A stretch of DNA of 64,000 nucleotides from Chrysomallon squamiferum (taxonomy: Eukaryota > Animalia > Mollusca): positions 12,648,001-12,712,000 of the forward strand of contig CM022665.1 in assembly GCA_012295275.1 (NCBI GenBank), written 5' to 3'. Below the pieces are notes generated by a model, which was given only the letters and a program-made list of their open reading frames with translations, was not told where the DNA came from and ran no database searches. Made by a program: the position numbers and the translations under genes. How positions within the stretch are numbered: the first letter of the stretch is position 1; each line of letters opens with the position of its first letter. Below, piece after piece: positions 1 through 14,035 of the stretch.

Positions 1-2012
1 AATTTAAGTAAAGACAAAATATAAAAATTGTTTTGAAGTAAAGTACTGGGTAATACTAAAGTGATTCGCATAGCCATTTAATACATTTTCATTAAAAAAA
101 GAACAAATTAAATTGTCTTTATTTGTAAAATAAAAAAAATTAAAAAAATTAAATCAACTGAATTAAATTGATGCTGTTTGATAAAACTACAGTGTAGAGA
201 ATAATCAGAAATTATGTTATTAATTGCAAACCCAGAGTTCCCAAAACTGATAAAACTGGTAATCAAAGTGAATTGAGTTGATGCTGATTAGTAAGTATCA
301 TTAATAAAGTAATAAGAAATTATATTGATAATGTGAGACTTGGAGTATTATCTAAATTTATCTATGTTAATCAATTAATGCTTATTGTAACAAAACTAAA
401 GTTGAGAAAAAAATGAGAGGCAATAATGCTAATCCTTAGGTATTACTAAAATTGATGATTAAGTGAACTTAGCTGATTCTGACTGTGACCAGATTAATAC
501 TGGTAATGTGAAACTTTGATTATTACAAAACTGAACTTAAGAAAATAATGACAGTTATGATTATGAAACTTTGAGTATTAACAAGCTACAGTAATCGAGA
601 GAAATAATTCAGAAAATTATAACATGATCATATTAATGTGGAGCTTTGAGTCTTATCAAAATTTTATCAAACCATGGTAATCACTTGATGCTGATTATGA
701 CAAAACTAATTTAAGGGAAAATCTGAGAATAATGAGAGACACATCACAGGTAGAGGTAGTCAGAGTTTTAAGCATAGTGGAGCTGTAAGGAGAGTAAGTT
801 GGAATGTCTTTAATTTTGTTGTGTGTGCAGCTTCACTCAACTTTCACCTGAATATATTTACTGCTTAATAATGTTACTTGCTGTGGACAACCAAAAAAAA
901 AAGTAAATGCACTCACATTCCAGCAAGTTTCAGTCTTTTAAAGTCTTACCATGTTTCTTAAAAAAAAAAAAAAATATATATATATAAAGCATGGATTTAG
1001 AAATTTCATTATATTCAGCTCTGTTTCACATATATGCTGTCATTTTGTCCTTCAAAAATGTATTCAAATTCAAGCCAGTTTTAGTTTCTTCTAAATATTA
1101 TCCTTTTTTGCTTAAAATAAATAAGCAATTTTGAATTTAAAATATTTATCAGTTTAAGATGTGCAGCAGATATTGGTTTATTTTATATATAATAGAAATC
1201 ATTTTTTACATTTAATAGTTTAAAAATATATGTATCAAAAGTGTAAAAAAAAATAATTAACTACTGAAATTTTTAAATCAAAAAGTAATAAGCTAGTGTT
1301 AATTGTGTTATATATATTTAATAATCTTAAAGTAACTTTTAATGTTGTTATTTTGTGCTAATAAAGCTGATTTAACTCATCAGTTTGCAGATAAAAATAT
1401 AATAAGTTGTTTTTGTTTCATTTTTAATTCTAAAAATACGTTTGAGTTAATTCTAACGGTAGCAGAAATCTGAATAACTGAAACACAATCGCTTTTAAAT
1501 ATATATAAACATAATGAAGGTAAATAATATGTCGATCATTCATATACATCATTTAAATTTATTTCAAAATTATCTTTCATATAGGATTTTTAAAGAAACT
1601 GATTTTTTTTTAGTACTTTTATCAGCTGGTTTGTCAAGTCTAGTAATATAAAACAATTCTTCAGAATAAATAAATATATAAATCATATATAATTTTTTAT
1701 ATATATATATTATAGTATGTCAAAAGACACTGCACTATAGTGCACGTTTATCTGCTTGTTATAGCATTTTGTGTATATATATACCACCCATATATTATTT
1801 TGCATCATAAACAGATGGTAATTCACATGTTTCTTTAATTTTTAATTTTACTATCACTATTATTATTTTTTTTCTTCTTCATTTTCAATTTCATATTGAA
1901 AATTTATTTATTTATTTATTTATTTATTTATTATTATCATCATTGCCATCATTATCACAATCATACATGTTCAAATAAAAATGTATACTTAAATGATTGT
2001 TACTTCATTCAG

Positions 2013-2033
2013 AATTACTGGAAAAAACCAGAG
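2013..2033 (+). CDS. Candidate 21-nt microexon ([E]LLEKTR)
   Basis: ttcattcag|AATTACTGGAAAAAACCAGAG|gtatat; phase 1-1, fits the downstream 8-nt exon. Confidence 0.45.
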
Positions 2034-2139
2034 GTATATTTTTCTTCTATGCATATTTAGTAATTTGTAGTATATTTGTGCAATATTTTATATATAGCTA
2101 TTATTATTTTCAGACATTTTGTTTTATCTTAGTTATTAG

Positions 2140-2178
2140 ATAGGTAGATATATATAGATAGATAGATAGGTAGGTAGG

Positions 2179-2233
<55 letters not shown>

Positions 2234-2265
2234 ACAGACAGACAGACAGACAGACCTATAGACAG
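2140..2265. repeat. (GATA)n/(GACA)n microsatellite
   Basis: Direct reading. Confidence 0.9.
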
Positions 2266-2374
2266 GTAATCAAATAGTCAAGCTTTATATGATTAGAGGG
2301 AAAAAACAGATACTTTGAATTTTATATTTAAAATTACACTTTAATTATTGAAATGTTAACAAACTTACACATGC

Positions 2375-2377
<3 letters not shown>

Positions 2378-2413
<36 letters not shown>
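2378..2413. repeat. (CA)n microsatellite
   Basis: Direct reading. Confidence 0.9.
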
Positions 2414-2415
<2 letters not shown>

Positions 2416-2572
2416 ATTTAATATCATGAAAGAAGTAAATAATGATATATATATGACTGATTTGACTTTAGATTTTGCCATTTCCTTTTTTTTGCTATTC
2501 TTTCTATGCTTGAATGAAAAGCTTCTTTAGTACTAATTTTAATATTTAAATATGCATTATGGTTTTGCACAG

Positions 2573-2580
2573 ATTTCAAG
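2573..2580 (+). CDS. Candidate 8-nt microexon (DFK)
   Basis: ttttgcacag|ATTTCAAG|gtaagc; converts phase 1 to the phase 0 needed at 2801. Confidence 0.5.
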
Positions 2581-2800
2581 GTAAGCTTCTAAAAGCTTAT
2601 AGCTTTGATATGCAGAAACTTACACATGACTTATTTTAATTCTGATATAACTATTACTTTTTTCATTAAAAAAAAAGAAATTATAAAAAAAAGCATTTTA
2701 TTTGCTATAATAATTCAGATAGAATAATTAATAATATTAATTAGATATTTATTTTCTGTACGTCTTGTTCTTTGTGAAAAAACAAAACAAAACAAATTAG

Positions 2801-2879
2801 GATGCAAGGGACCGTTTTTCAACTCCTTCCTTGAAAGGTTCTAGTCTTACTATGGACTCGTCGTTCACTCAGCTAGGAC
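2801..2879 (+). CDS. Probable dynein exon in linker insertion (DARDRFSTPSLKGSSLTMDSSFTQLG)
   Basis: ttag|GAT...GGAC|gtatgt; GC-richer island, open frame; joins 4177 in frame via the 11-nt exon at 2973 or by read-through to 2983. Confidence 0.6.
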
Positions 2880-2972
2880 GTATGTGTGAAAGTAGATCAA
2901 ATAAGTCAGTAAGACAGAAATGTGCAGTTTGTGTTCACTTGTCAAAACTAGCACTCACTGACGTCTTTTCAG

Positions 2973-2983
2973 GTTTCTCAATT
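2973..2983 (+). CDS. Candidate 11-nt microexon (RFSI)
   Basis: ctgacgtcttttcag|GTTTCTCAATT|gtaagt; 79+11=90 nt restores phase 0 for 4177. Confidence 0.55.
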
Positions 2984-3076
2984 GTAAGTTGAATTGAAAC
3001 CATGTTCTGTTTATAACTTTCACTGGATTTTTTTCTTCAGCATGAGACTATTATACTTCTGTTTTGTTATTTAATT

Positions 3077-3119
<43 letters not shown>

Positions 3120-4176
3120 TTTTTCATTATTTGCGTTTTAAAATAAAATAAGATATTACATGTTTTGGGTTTTTATTGCAATTACTTTCTTTTAAACTAG
3201 GTATTGTTTTGTGTTCTTAAATCTTAATATTATTATTATTAAATGTTTTATTGGTTTAAATTTATTCTTAAGATTGTTCACTTAGTATTTTGTTACTAAT
3301 TTTTCATTTACTTATTTATCAAAAGCTACCTTTGTCTTTAACATTTTTATTACCATTTATATCAGATGGCTGCATATTCAAGAGCATCTACACATTAATT
3401 TTAAACACTTTAAATCATTATATTTTATACATACATTTCCTTACTCTCAACAAAAATATTTTATTATTACAATTAGCTGACAGAAACTGATAGATAATAA
3501 CTTTTGTCTGCATTGTTTTATATATTTTTCTTTTAAATAAAAGATTGATGTATATTGTATATTAATTATTTAAATTTTATTATGGAAAATTAGATAAAAG
3601 TGATTCACAATCAAGATATTTGCAAGAATTCTATTAATTTTGAAAGATTATTACTTCTTAAATCAAATATATTGTGTTTATAAATAATAGGTAATTCATT
3701 TATTAACAAGTAGTAAACAGAAATATAGACAAAAGCATAACTGTATATTAATTCAATATAATAATTGTGTTAATATATTATCCTTTAAAATATCTTCTGA
3801 ACTGAATGCTTGAAAATATTTATTAATTTAAAAAAAGGAAATTTATGATCTGATAATTTTAAAAAAATTGTATTTGTTTGTTATTTTTTTGGATCATTTG
3901 TTCTTGTTTTATTATTATTGTTGCTTTCATTGTTGTTATTAATTTTTAAATTATTATTGTTGTTGTTATTTTTATGATTACCATCACCATTATTATTGTC
4001 AATGTTTCAAATATCAAATTAATATAAAAAAAAAAAACCTGAGAGAAACCATGAAATCATCCACTAAACAAATAATATAAAAAATTATATTCTGGTTTGT
4101 TTAGGAAAGAATAAAAAGACTCTATTTACAGGAATTTTTAGTTATAATTATAAAATATTAAAATTCAAACTTTTAG

Positions 4177-4308
4177 AGCATGAACCCAAGTTCATTGCAG
4201 AATGTTCCTACAATGCTGCCCTCAGAGGGCCTCGTGGATGATGTCATTGTCATGGATGCCACTGCTGTTCAGAGTGTTGATGGGGAGCGCCTGGTTCTTC
4301 AGGAGAAG
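4177..4308 (+). CDS. Dynein exon, linker end
   Basis: tag|SMNPSSL...AVQSVDGERLVLQEK|gttggt. Confidence 0.85.
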
Positions 4309-7300
4309 GTTGGTTTAAAAATATCTTTCTTCTTGCCAACTTCAGTCACTTTAGTACACAATATGTCAACAGGTTGTTTTCATTTATCAATTTATATTCC
4401 AATCGGTGCTATAAAGCTATTTTATAAGATGTGTTAAATTAATGCCTGACTATGGGAAGGTGCTCATAAAATACTCCTTTCTGATAACTGGCAACAATAA
4501 TTTTCATTTCTTTTAATTTTTCTTAAATTTTTATTCCTAAGTGACATTATCAGTTAAATAATAATAAACTAAGATTTTATATTTTTTAGATTAATAAAAT
4601 TTTTCTTTATCAGTGCTGTTTTCTGTTGAATTAACAAGTTATAAGAACTAAATAATGTTCATCTCCTTCAGTTTATTTTCTTTTTATTTCTAAGTGCCTA
4701 TTTAAATTAATTTAAAACTTTCCATTGAATATAATGCACAAGTATCAAAATTGGAATTAGTGTACTCAGTTTTATTTTATCTATTATTTACAAATTATGT
4801 TCATTTACTGTTTGTTTCTAGGTAACTCTCGTTGATGGGGTGGAGGTTTGGTTGAGCAAATTAAGAGATTCTGTTGGCAAGACTCTTCATGACATGAATG
4901 TCAGTGTCATTCAGGACTGCATGAATGGAGTTCCAATGGAGGAATTTGCAGCAAAAGTAATTTTTTAATTTCATTTTAGTTTTTTATAGATTTATTATAT
5001 TTTATTTTTACTTTGTCAGAATAATTTTTTTATTTTTTATTTTTATTTTTATACATTATTCATATGCTTTTTTATTCAATTTAGTTTTAATTGTATCTAT
5101 TTTTATTTTATTTAAAAAAAATTATTTATATATCCAATGTTAATTGTATTTCAGTATCCAATACTCATTTTTATTTTAATAGATCAATTATGTTATTTGA
5201 TGTAATTTAATTTTAATTAAATTTTATTTACTTTACTTCACTTATTTTACTTTTATTTTTACTTATCTTCACTTTATTTTACTTCAGTTTACTTTACTTT
5301 ACTTTTCTTTATTTTATTTTATTGTTTTTTTTAAATATTTCGTCATTTATGTTATTATAATTTTATTTTAGTATCCTACACAAGTGTGCAGAATTGGAAT
5401 GCTCTTTAACTGGACAAAAGATTGTGAACTAGGAATCACTGATGTAAAGACTGATCGCAAAGCTCTACACATAACTCTGAGAAAACACATCTCTGCAACC
5501 AACAAAATCTGTTCCACTCTTACTCGTGGTGCTTGGAAAACTTTAGAAGACCCAATGTTGCCAATGCACAAAAACAGGCTGGAGTGTATGCTAACTGTAA
5601 GTTTTCACTAACATTTTCACTATATTTTGTTTCTTCTTTTATAATTTATAATTATTTTATTTATTGGATAAGATTCCTAATTATGTTGTGCTAGATTTAA
5701 AAATGAAATGTAAAATTATACTAAATAATGAATTAAAGATAATTTCATTTCATTATAATATATATATTATCATTGTTATTATTATTATTATAGGTTGGAT
5801 TTTTTGTTGGAATGTCAGTATTGATTTTATTGTAATTAAAAAAAAAATTGGATACAAAATTTTAAAATGTTCTTGTAAATTTTACACCTTTGTTTTAGTC
5901 TGAAATAGGAAATACATTTTTTTTTACTTTAAATGTGTTTCTTTATTTTCAGCAATCACTGTTTCTGAGAGACATTTTGGACAGCATTGTTACAAGAAAG
6001 CTGCGTGAAGTAACAGATTTTGAGTGGAGACGAAGCATTCGATGTTACTACCAGCCTGTTGGTTAGTTTTTTGATTGTCTTTAAGCAGTAACAAATTTAA
6101 ATATTATCTTGTGTAAAACTGATTTTTCCTCCATTAATTTGTGAGTCAAACCAGGTATATGTTTTTATTTTGGATCAAATTAGAGGTGGTAGATTTAGAA
6201 GCAGATTGAGGTGTTTCATTGAAAAGGCCTTTTGCTGGGATGGATAGAAAAGAGGTTTGATTATATAAAAATCAAAGACAATCAAGCAACAAAAAATACT
6301 TGAAGTGTGCTCTAGTTATATTCTTTGTAAATCTGAATAAAGTCTTTCCATTTTGTTTGTTGTTTTTTTTAAATACAGTATTGGAAACAACAACAAAAAG
6401 TAAAAAGCAGTACATGTATATTCTATTAATGTTTTTAATTTTTTTTTTTTTTTTATCTGTTATGCTTCCAGAAGAAGTATTGGAACCTGTGATTTGGATT
6501 CTGGACAATTCTTATGAGTATGGCAATGAATTCTATGGTTCCAATGTCGGTGCAGCAGTCACTTCAGTCTCTGAAAGATGTTTTCTCACAATGTCACAAG
6601 CTTTGGGTCAGTGTCAGGGCACCTGTTTCATTGGACCTTATGGTGCTGGAAAAACAGAAGTTGTCAAGGTAAAGATTTAAATTGTTGATGAGTCTGTATT
6701 TTCACACTATATTTAAACAGTCATTCCATATTATTTTCAGTTGTCTTTCATTTTATTTTTAATGGACTTTCCATTTTAATTAGCCTATATACCTACACCC
6801 ATTATGTTTAAAAAGTCACCCGTCTATTCCTGTGAACACTCTGTTTTTCTGTTTTTAAGCCTTTTTATCTGTATAAATATAGCTGCTGTCAGTTTGATGA
6901 TTTCTGTAATTATTTTTTAAAGACATTAATATCCCCAGAATTCTTTAAACAAATAAATTAAAAGAAAAAGCTTAAATTTTATGTTACTATAACACATTGC
7001 TGAGCCACCCCCTTTAAAATAGTAATTGCTCTATCTATGTAAATACTCCCCCACCCCTTCTAATACACCAGGATTAAATATTTATTGTCAGATACATTAT
7101 TATGATTTCTCTTTTAATTTGTTAACAGGGATTAGCCAACATTCTGGGAAATTTTCTTGGCATGTTCCAATGTTCCCCTTACTTCAGTCATCAGAGTATT
7201 GGAAAGATCATACAGGGAATGGCAATGGCAAGTATTAAATATCAGTTACATCCTGGTAATAGTTTAATTTTTTATTATTAATATATATTTCATTCTTAAA

Positions 7301-8526
7301 TTGTTAGCATGTTGATTAACATGAGCTGATTTTTGTTTAACTCAGAAATATTGAAGAGGGTATTTTATTTTTATTTTTTTATTTTATTTTTTTTTTTGCT
7401 GTTTAAATTTTCATTGAGATATTCTTGAAGACTGTTATTTATTATTTTAACTGAAAAAATAAACAAAACAGCTATGTAATTTTTCTTTCATTACTTCATC
7501 AAAAAAATAACAAATATAGATTATGTGTGTGTCTACATATGTACAGATGTCTATATGTGTTTATTTTTTATAACAAAATCAGTATTTTATATTGTTTATA
7601 GGATGGATGTTGGGGTTGTTTTGATGAATGTCACAATCTGAATAAAGAAGCTATGGCTGTCCTTCTGGATCACATACAAGCAATTCTTGGGGCTCTCAAA
7701 AACAAAATTGGATTCATGTCATTCTTGGATGGCCAAGAGGTGCAACAACTTTTGTTATCAATTTTATTTTATTTTATTTTAAAGACCTCAAAATTGTAAG
7801 ATATAAATGCAGAAAATATATTGTTCAGAGGTAAAGTTATTGAAAATTATCTAAACTCTAAACAAAAAAATAATTTAAATTTAAGGATATCTTTAAATGA
7901 TAGTGTTTTATCAGTTAGTCATTGTAAAGCTTATATTCTGTACTTTATAAATAAAAGAAATTTTAAAAATAAAACAAAAGGTCACTTCATATACCTTTTT
8001 TGGGAATGGATCACATTTTTTCTACCCTCTGTAATGTATGTATCATTTTTTTTATTTTTTTTCCACAAAAGATTCCAGTGCGAAAGTCAGTAGGCATGTT
8101 CATGACAGCAAATTCAGAACCAGTTTCTCCACTCTTCTCTTCTTCCATGCCCATCAATGTGCGTGAGTCATTCAGAGTGGTGACTGTGATGAAACCAGAC
8201 TTTCAGCAAATCTTGAAAGCAAAGTGTTCAGCATTTGGCTTCAGAGCTCCATCTGTTCTTTCAACAAGACTCAAAGTTTTAACAGAACTTGTCAAGGATC
8301 AACTGTTAGTGACATGAATTTGCTCTTACACCGAAAAATGTGTTGTCTATTGTTTTGTTTTTATTATTGTTGCTGTTTTATTATCTATTTGTTCGTTTGT
8401 TTTATTATTGTTGTTATTTTTTTATTGGGGGGGTTTGGTGGTGGTGTTGTATTAGCATATACAAATACATGAGGTTATAGATACTTTCTTTTCTTTATTT
8501 CATGTTTTGAATTTACAAAATAGAGC

Positions 8527-8562
<36 letters not shown>

Positions 8563-11500
8563 TAATTTGATAACAGTTGTGTCAAGTTGAACTGTAGGGA
8601 GAAAAACAAATTATAATTGTAGTCATCTCCCAACATTAATAATAAATAATATTAGTGGAATGGTCATAGAAATTAAGAATAACAAAAAATAAATAAATAA
8701 AATTAACAGAAGGCATGATTCTTGTAGTTTCTACTGACATTTCTGTATTTCAGACCCAAGTACTTTCATCACCACTTCACCATTTCTGCACTTGTTGGTA
8801 CTCTGAAGAGAGCAGCACAGAAGCGCAAGTTGATTCGAGAAGACAAATCAAGTGAAAAGGCTGATAAAAAGGAGGAAAGTTCACGTTCTGATAGCCAAGC
8901 ATCAGAAGCCACATCATCAAGACCAGCTATAGGTAAAATTTTACACATTCTTAACTGTTAATTTGGTTTGTTGACATTAAGTATACCAGTTAAAGCTTTG
9001 GACTGAAGTGTAACAGACAGCAGCATCAGTGCTTGTAAATCATTGAGTTTCTGGTTCTGCCATGACCCAATTAATGAGCTCCTGAATATTCATCTTCCAC
9101 ATAATATTGGGGATATGAATCCAGAAAGGCATGATGTACTTCTTTCATACAACAATAAAACAACTTCCCGATACAGTCTCAGAGGTTAATGAAGCCTTGG
9201 TTTGTTTTACATTCTTGTCCATGCTTCATAGCTGGTTTGCCAAAGAGAATGGTATATACTTTCATTTTTATTATAAATAGTGCATATAAAATCTTTCTTG
9301 TGTTTGATTCATAAAAGTGATGCCAAGAGATGGTAGCTGTGTACTATTCTCATAATTTTTCATAAGAAATACCATGTTGCTTTTGAAAGATTGGTGGCAA
9401 AAAAATGATATATAAAATTGTTTAAGGAAATTATGTTGAGATTAAATCAATAACTTGGTAATCTATAATTCTTCCTTACATTTTCTCATGAAAATTGATA
9501 TAATGACTCAAAAAGCAAAATAAAATAAGAGATATTTCTTTGTCAAATGATGTTTATGCAGGTAACTATAACTATAAATGTTTGCTATTGCATTATCATC
9601 ATCAGTAATTGTCTGTTAATCACAGTGAGTATTTGTTACCACTTTTCTCATTTTTTTTTCTTTTTTTTATTTCTGGGTTTTTTAAATATATGACAATTCC
9701 AAATTTTTTAGTTATAATATTTAGAAGCAGATTTTATTAAAGAAAAAGAAAAATTTATTTATATATATATATATATCTATCTCTGTATTATTTCTGGATA
9801 TTTTGTACATCGCATGTCTTAATTTCAGTATGATGATCCATGGTCAGTCACTTATATTGAGATATATCATATTAATAATACAAACTTTTAAAAAATGTGG
9901 ACAAGGCTTTTTGTTTTTCTTTTCTTTTCTTTTCTTTTTTATTTGCAAATAACTGTATTTTCTTCACTTTTTTATCCTACTTTCTTTTTTCTTTTTCATT
10001 ATTTTTCTTTATTTATTTATTTTTTATTTTTATTTTTATTTTTTTTGTTTTTTGCCCCTCCTTTTTTTGTTAATATAAATAGAAAGACGTTTCAGTTTCT
10101 TACATCCAGACTGCAAACACAAGAAGCGCAAAGGTAACTTTTCATCAAGTTCTGTTTAAGTAAGACTGTCATAGGTAAGAAATTCTGTCCAAGACAAGAT
10201 GAAAGCCATCTGAAGCTTGAAAGTTAAAAGTATATAGAAAAAAATAGAGGTAAAAACTAAACAATAATTTGCTGCCTAACAGTGAACTGGCATCAAAAGC
10301 AAAAACTTTGTTCACTATTAAAGATTAACAAATAAAATATTTCAAAATAAATAAAATAAGAAGTGAAAAATTTGTAAATTAAATTTACAAAAAAGAAAAA
10401 AAAAATGTTTTATATCTTCTCTTGGTCTAATTTGTTTATTTACAGCAAAATGTTTCAAAATTATTATTTGGATATTTCTGTTAACAAAAAACACAAAAAA
10501 CTTAAAAGCAGCCTTACTTTAATATTGTTTACTGGTTATTTTTTGAATTATTTAAATGTTTATTTACTTTGTTTATGTTGTAAATAATTAAATTTTATTA
10601 TGAAGAAGATACTTCTAGGTTTTTTTTTTTTTTTTATTTAATTTGTTTTTAATTTGTGGAAGCATTTATTGTTTCATAAATATATTGAATGTTTCATTCA
10701 ACTTTCTTCATTTTAAATTTATTTTACACACAAATTTATATAAAATTTGAACTATTTCTGTGCTCTCCACATTGTTTCTTTATTATTTCTTCATTCTTTT
10801 CACTTTTTTTTTCTCACTTTTTTCAGTTTTTTTTTTTTTTTTTTTTTTTTCTCTTTTTTATAATAAATAATTTATTCAGTATCAGCATTTCAAAATATCC
10901 AAGACAAACAGTTACTTTCTTGATTGGAAATCTTTAAAACATTGCTTGTTCTGGCTTTTTACACCATGATTTTCATATATTAATCACACCAAATGGTCAT
11001 TAAAACAAAGCAAATAATCTTTTATTCCTAAATATAATTTAATCTTATGCTTTGTTTTTACTAAATTAATCAGGTTATATTTATTAGTGCACATAAGTTT
11101 GTTTACTCTAACAAATAACTGCACTAATTATTTCCATTTTTGCATTTTACATGTGTCCCTGTTGACCTTACAAACATGGCTGTGTAGTCCTGATTTGAAT
11201 GTTTTCAAAGATTTCTGTATCCTTAAATAGGAAAAAAAAATCAACAGTCTTGTGTCATTGATGACATTGAGTAACTTCTATGCTTTGTTTAATCTAATAG
11301 CTTGAAGATGTTATTGTTATTTCACACTGATTTTGATTGTCAGTCATATTTATTATCTGTTAGTTTATTGTGTTGTTTTTTGTTGTGTTAGGGATTATTA
11401 TTATTGTTACCTGTTAATTTTATAATGTATCATATTGACATTAATGTTTATTATTGTTGTTGTTGTTACTTTTATTGTAATTATTATTAGTGTCATCATT

Positions 11501-12992
11501 ATTATCATTATTTTTACTATTATTATTATTGCTTTATACAGTAATAACTTACTTTCACTTTGAAACAATGTAATGCTTTTATACAATAAATAATTATTTT
11601 GAATAAATGTATTTGTTTTTATACAACATAATGAACAATCAATAATAACAAAACCAAACCCAGAATTCATGTATTCTCCTCTTTTGTTTTTCTAATTAAA
11701 CCAGTTTTTTATTAGTACAAAAGTATGTATTTTATTTATTTATTTATTTATTATTATTATTATTATTATTTTGAAATTCATACATTATTTAGATACATTT
11801 ATTTTTTTCTATTTACTTTTTTATTATGACTAATTATTAATTAGAATCTTTTTCTCTTTCTTTTTTCATTTTTTTGTTCAGGCCATTCAAAGATGTCTGC
11901 ACAAAGGAAACCAGGAACACCAAATCCTTTATCTCCAGCAGTCAAACTAGAGCATGCTCTGGTGGCACAGGCAGTGGAAGAGATCATTGGTCCAAGACTG
12001 ACAGCAAGTGTAAGTCTAATTAGAGTAATCCGTTATTATTATTATTGTTTTGTTTTCCTGTCACTAGGAATGCTCTGATGCATTTTTGATTTGTTCCAGT
12101 TAGTAGTATATTATTAAGTCTTCTTGTGTTGTGTTTTTTTTTCCAGTGTTGTATAGTCATAACATGTTGTATTTTATTCTTCAGTCATCACATTATTGTT
12201 TAAGTAGAGTAATCTCACATTATTATTATTAGCATATTATTAAGATTATTATTATTATGTTTCATTTAGTGATGCTCTATAGACCTATATGATATTATTT
12301 CTTTCAATCAGTGGACAAAATTATATTATAGTTTTATATTTCAAATCAATGGATAAGCTCTCTAGGCTCACACTGTTCTGTTTTGTTCCATAATGGCTGT
12401 TTTATTTAATGTTATTTCATGTTGTTGTGTTGCATTTCAGTCAATGGGTATGCTCAAAGCTATTCTGAAGGACTGTTTCAGTGGTCTGCCTGATCCTCCT
12501 CCAGTACAGCACATGTCAGCAAAGTCTCGAGGTCTAGAGATAGAAACTCTTCTTGAAAATAAAGCTCAGGACGCTGGCCTGGTGGCCAACAAACCATTTA
12601 TCAACAAGTGTCTTCAGCTTCATAGTCTCTACCAGGCTTATCATGGTAATAAAAGTTTTGGAAATTCTAAAGAAAATAAATTTCTGACTTCTTCTTAATA
12701 TTCTTTTTTCTTTTTTCTTTTTTTTTGTTGAGATAATAATATAATGCAAATAATTATTTATAATAAAAAATCAGCTAATTAAATCATGGAGTTAAATAAA
12801 CATAAGTGTAACATATATCTGTTAAATCTGTTGAAGAATTATTTAAAAACATTAAAAATCCTTGTATTCATTTTCTTTTTACCGTTATTATTTTTGTTGT
12901 TGTTTTTATATATTTATTATTATTTATAATTTATTAGTAGTATTATTACTATTCTTTTTGTTGTTATTTTATTTATTTATTATTTTTATAAT

Positions 12993-13023
<31 letters not shown>

Positions 13024-13992
13024 AGCAAATTTTTATTTCTTCTTTTTCTTCCTTAACATCCTCATCCTCATCATCCTCATTATTATTAATAATATTAAAC
13101 ATTATGTTATCAGGAATAATAGTTGCTGGTCCACCAGGAAGTGGTAAAACATCAGTCATTGAGACTCTGGTTGAGTCACTGTGTACCTGCCCTCGAGGAA
13201 TGTCTCGCAGTTCTATGTCCAGCAAAACATCAACACAACCCGAAGTCATTCACAAACTGCTGAAAATTAATCCATTGGTTGTGGACAGTTCTGACTTGAT
13301 GTTTGGATACCTGAATCAGAATCATGACTGGGTTGATGGCATTTTCACTACAGCATGCAGGAAAGCAAACAGGGTATATATGATTATAAACTGACAGCAT
13401 AAGAAATTCTTCTCTTATTTATTATTATTATTATTATTATTTTTTTTGTACAAACATTGTTATTTCCATATTTATGTTTGACTAAAGTATTAATTTGTGC
13501 AAATATAAACAGTTAAATTTAAAACATATTAAAAATAATAAACCGTTAAATTGTTTTTAAAATGCATTTAATAATTGTTTATGTCAGTGTCGACTTATTT
13601 TTATGTCTCTGCCTGATATGTTTATATCTATATTTATGTCTATATGTCTGATGTGTTCACATCTGTGTCTAATATTTACCTGCCTGATATGTTTGTATCC
13701 GTATGTGATATTTTTATATATGTCTCTGAAATGTTTGATATGTGATACATTTGAATCTGTTCTGATATTTTTATATCTCTCTAATATGTTTATAATAATT
13801 CTGAAATATTTTTTTCAGTGTCTAATATATTAGCATCTGATGTGTTTAAAACAGAATGTTAAACATTATTAATGAGTGGTATTATGTATCTATGTTTCTG
13901 TGTATTTGTAATCTGCTTTTGTAAATTTGTGCCTGTCTTTATCTGAATGTGCATTTATATATGAATATATTTATGTACATTTCTTTATATAT

Positions 13993-14035
<43 letters not shown>

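Noticed and set aside
750-793. Possible exon ending AGA|gtaagt
   Set aside because: Poor pyrimidine tract, and its end phase does not match the downstream microexon chain.
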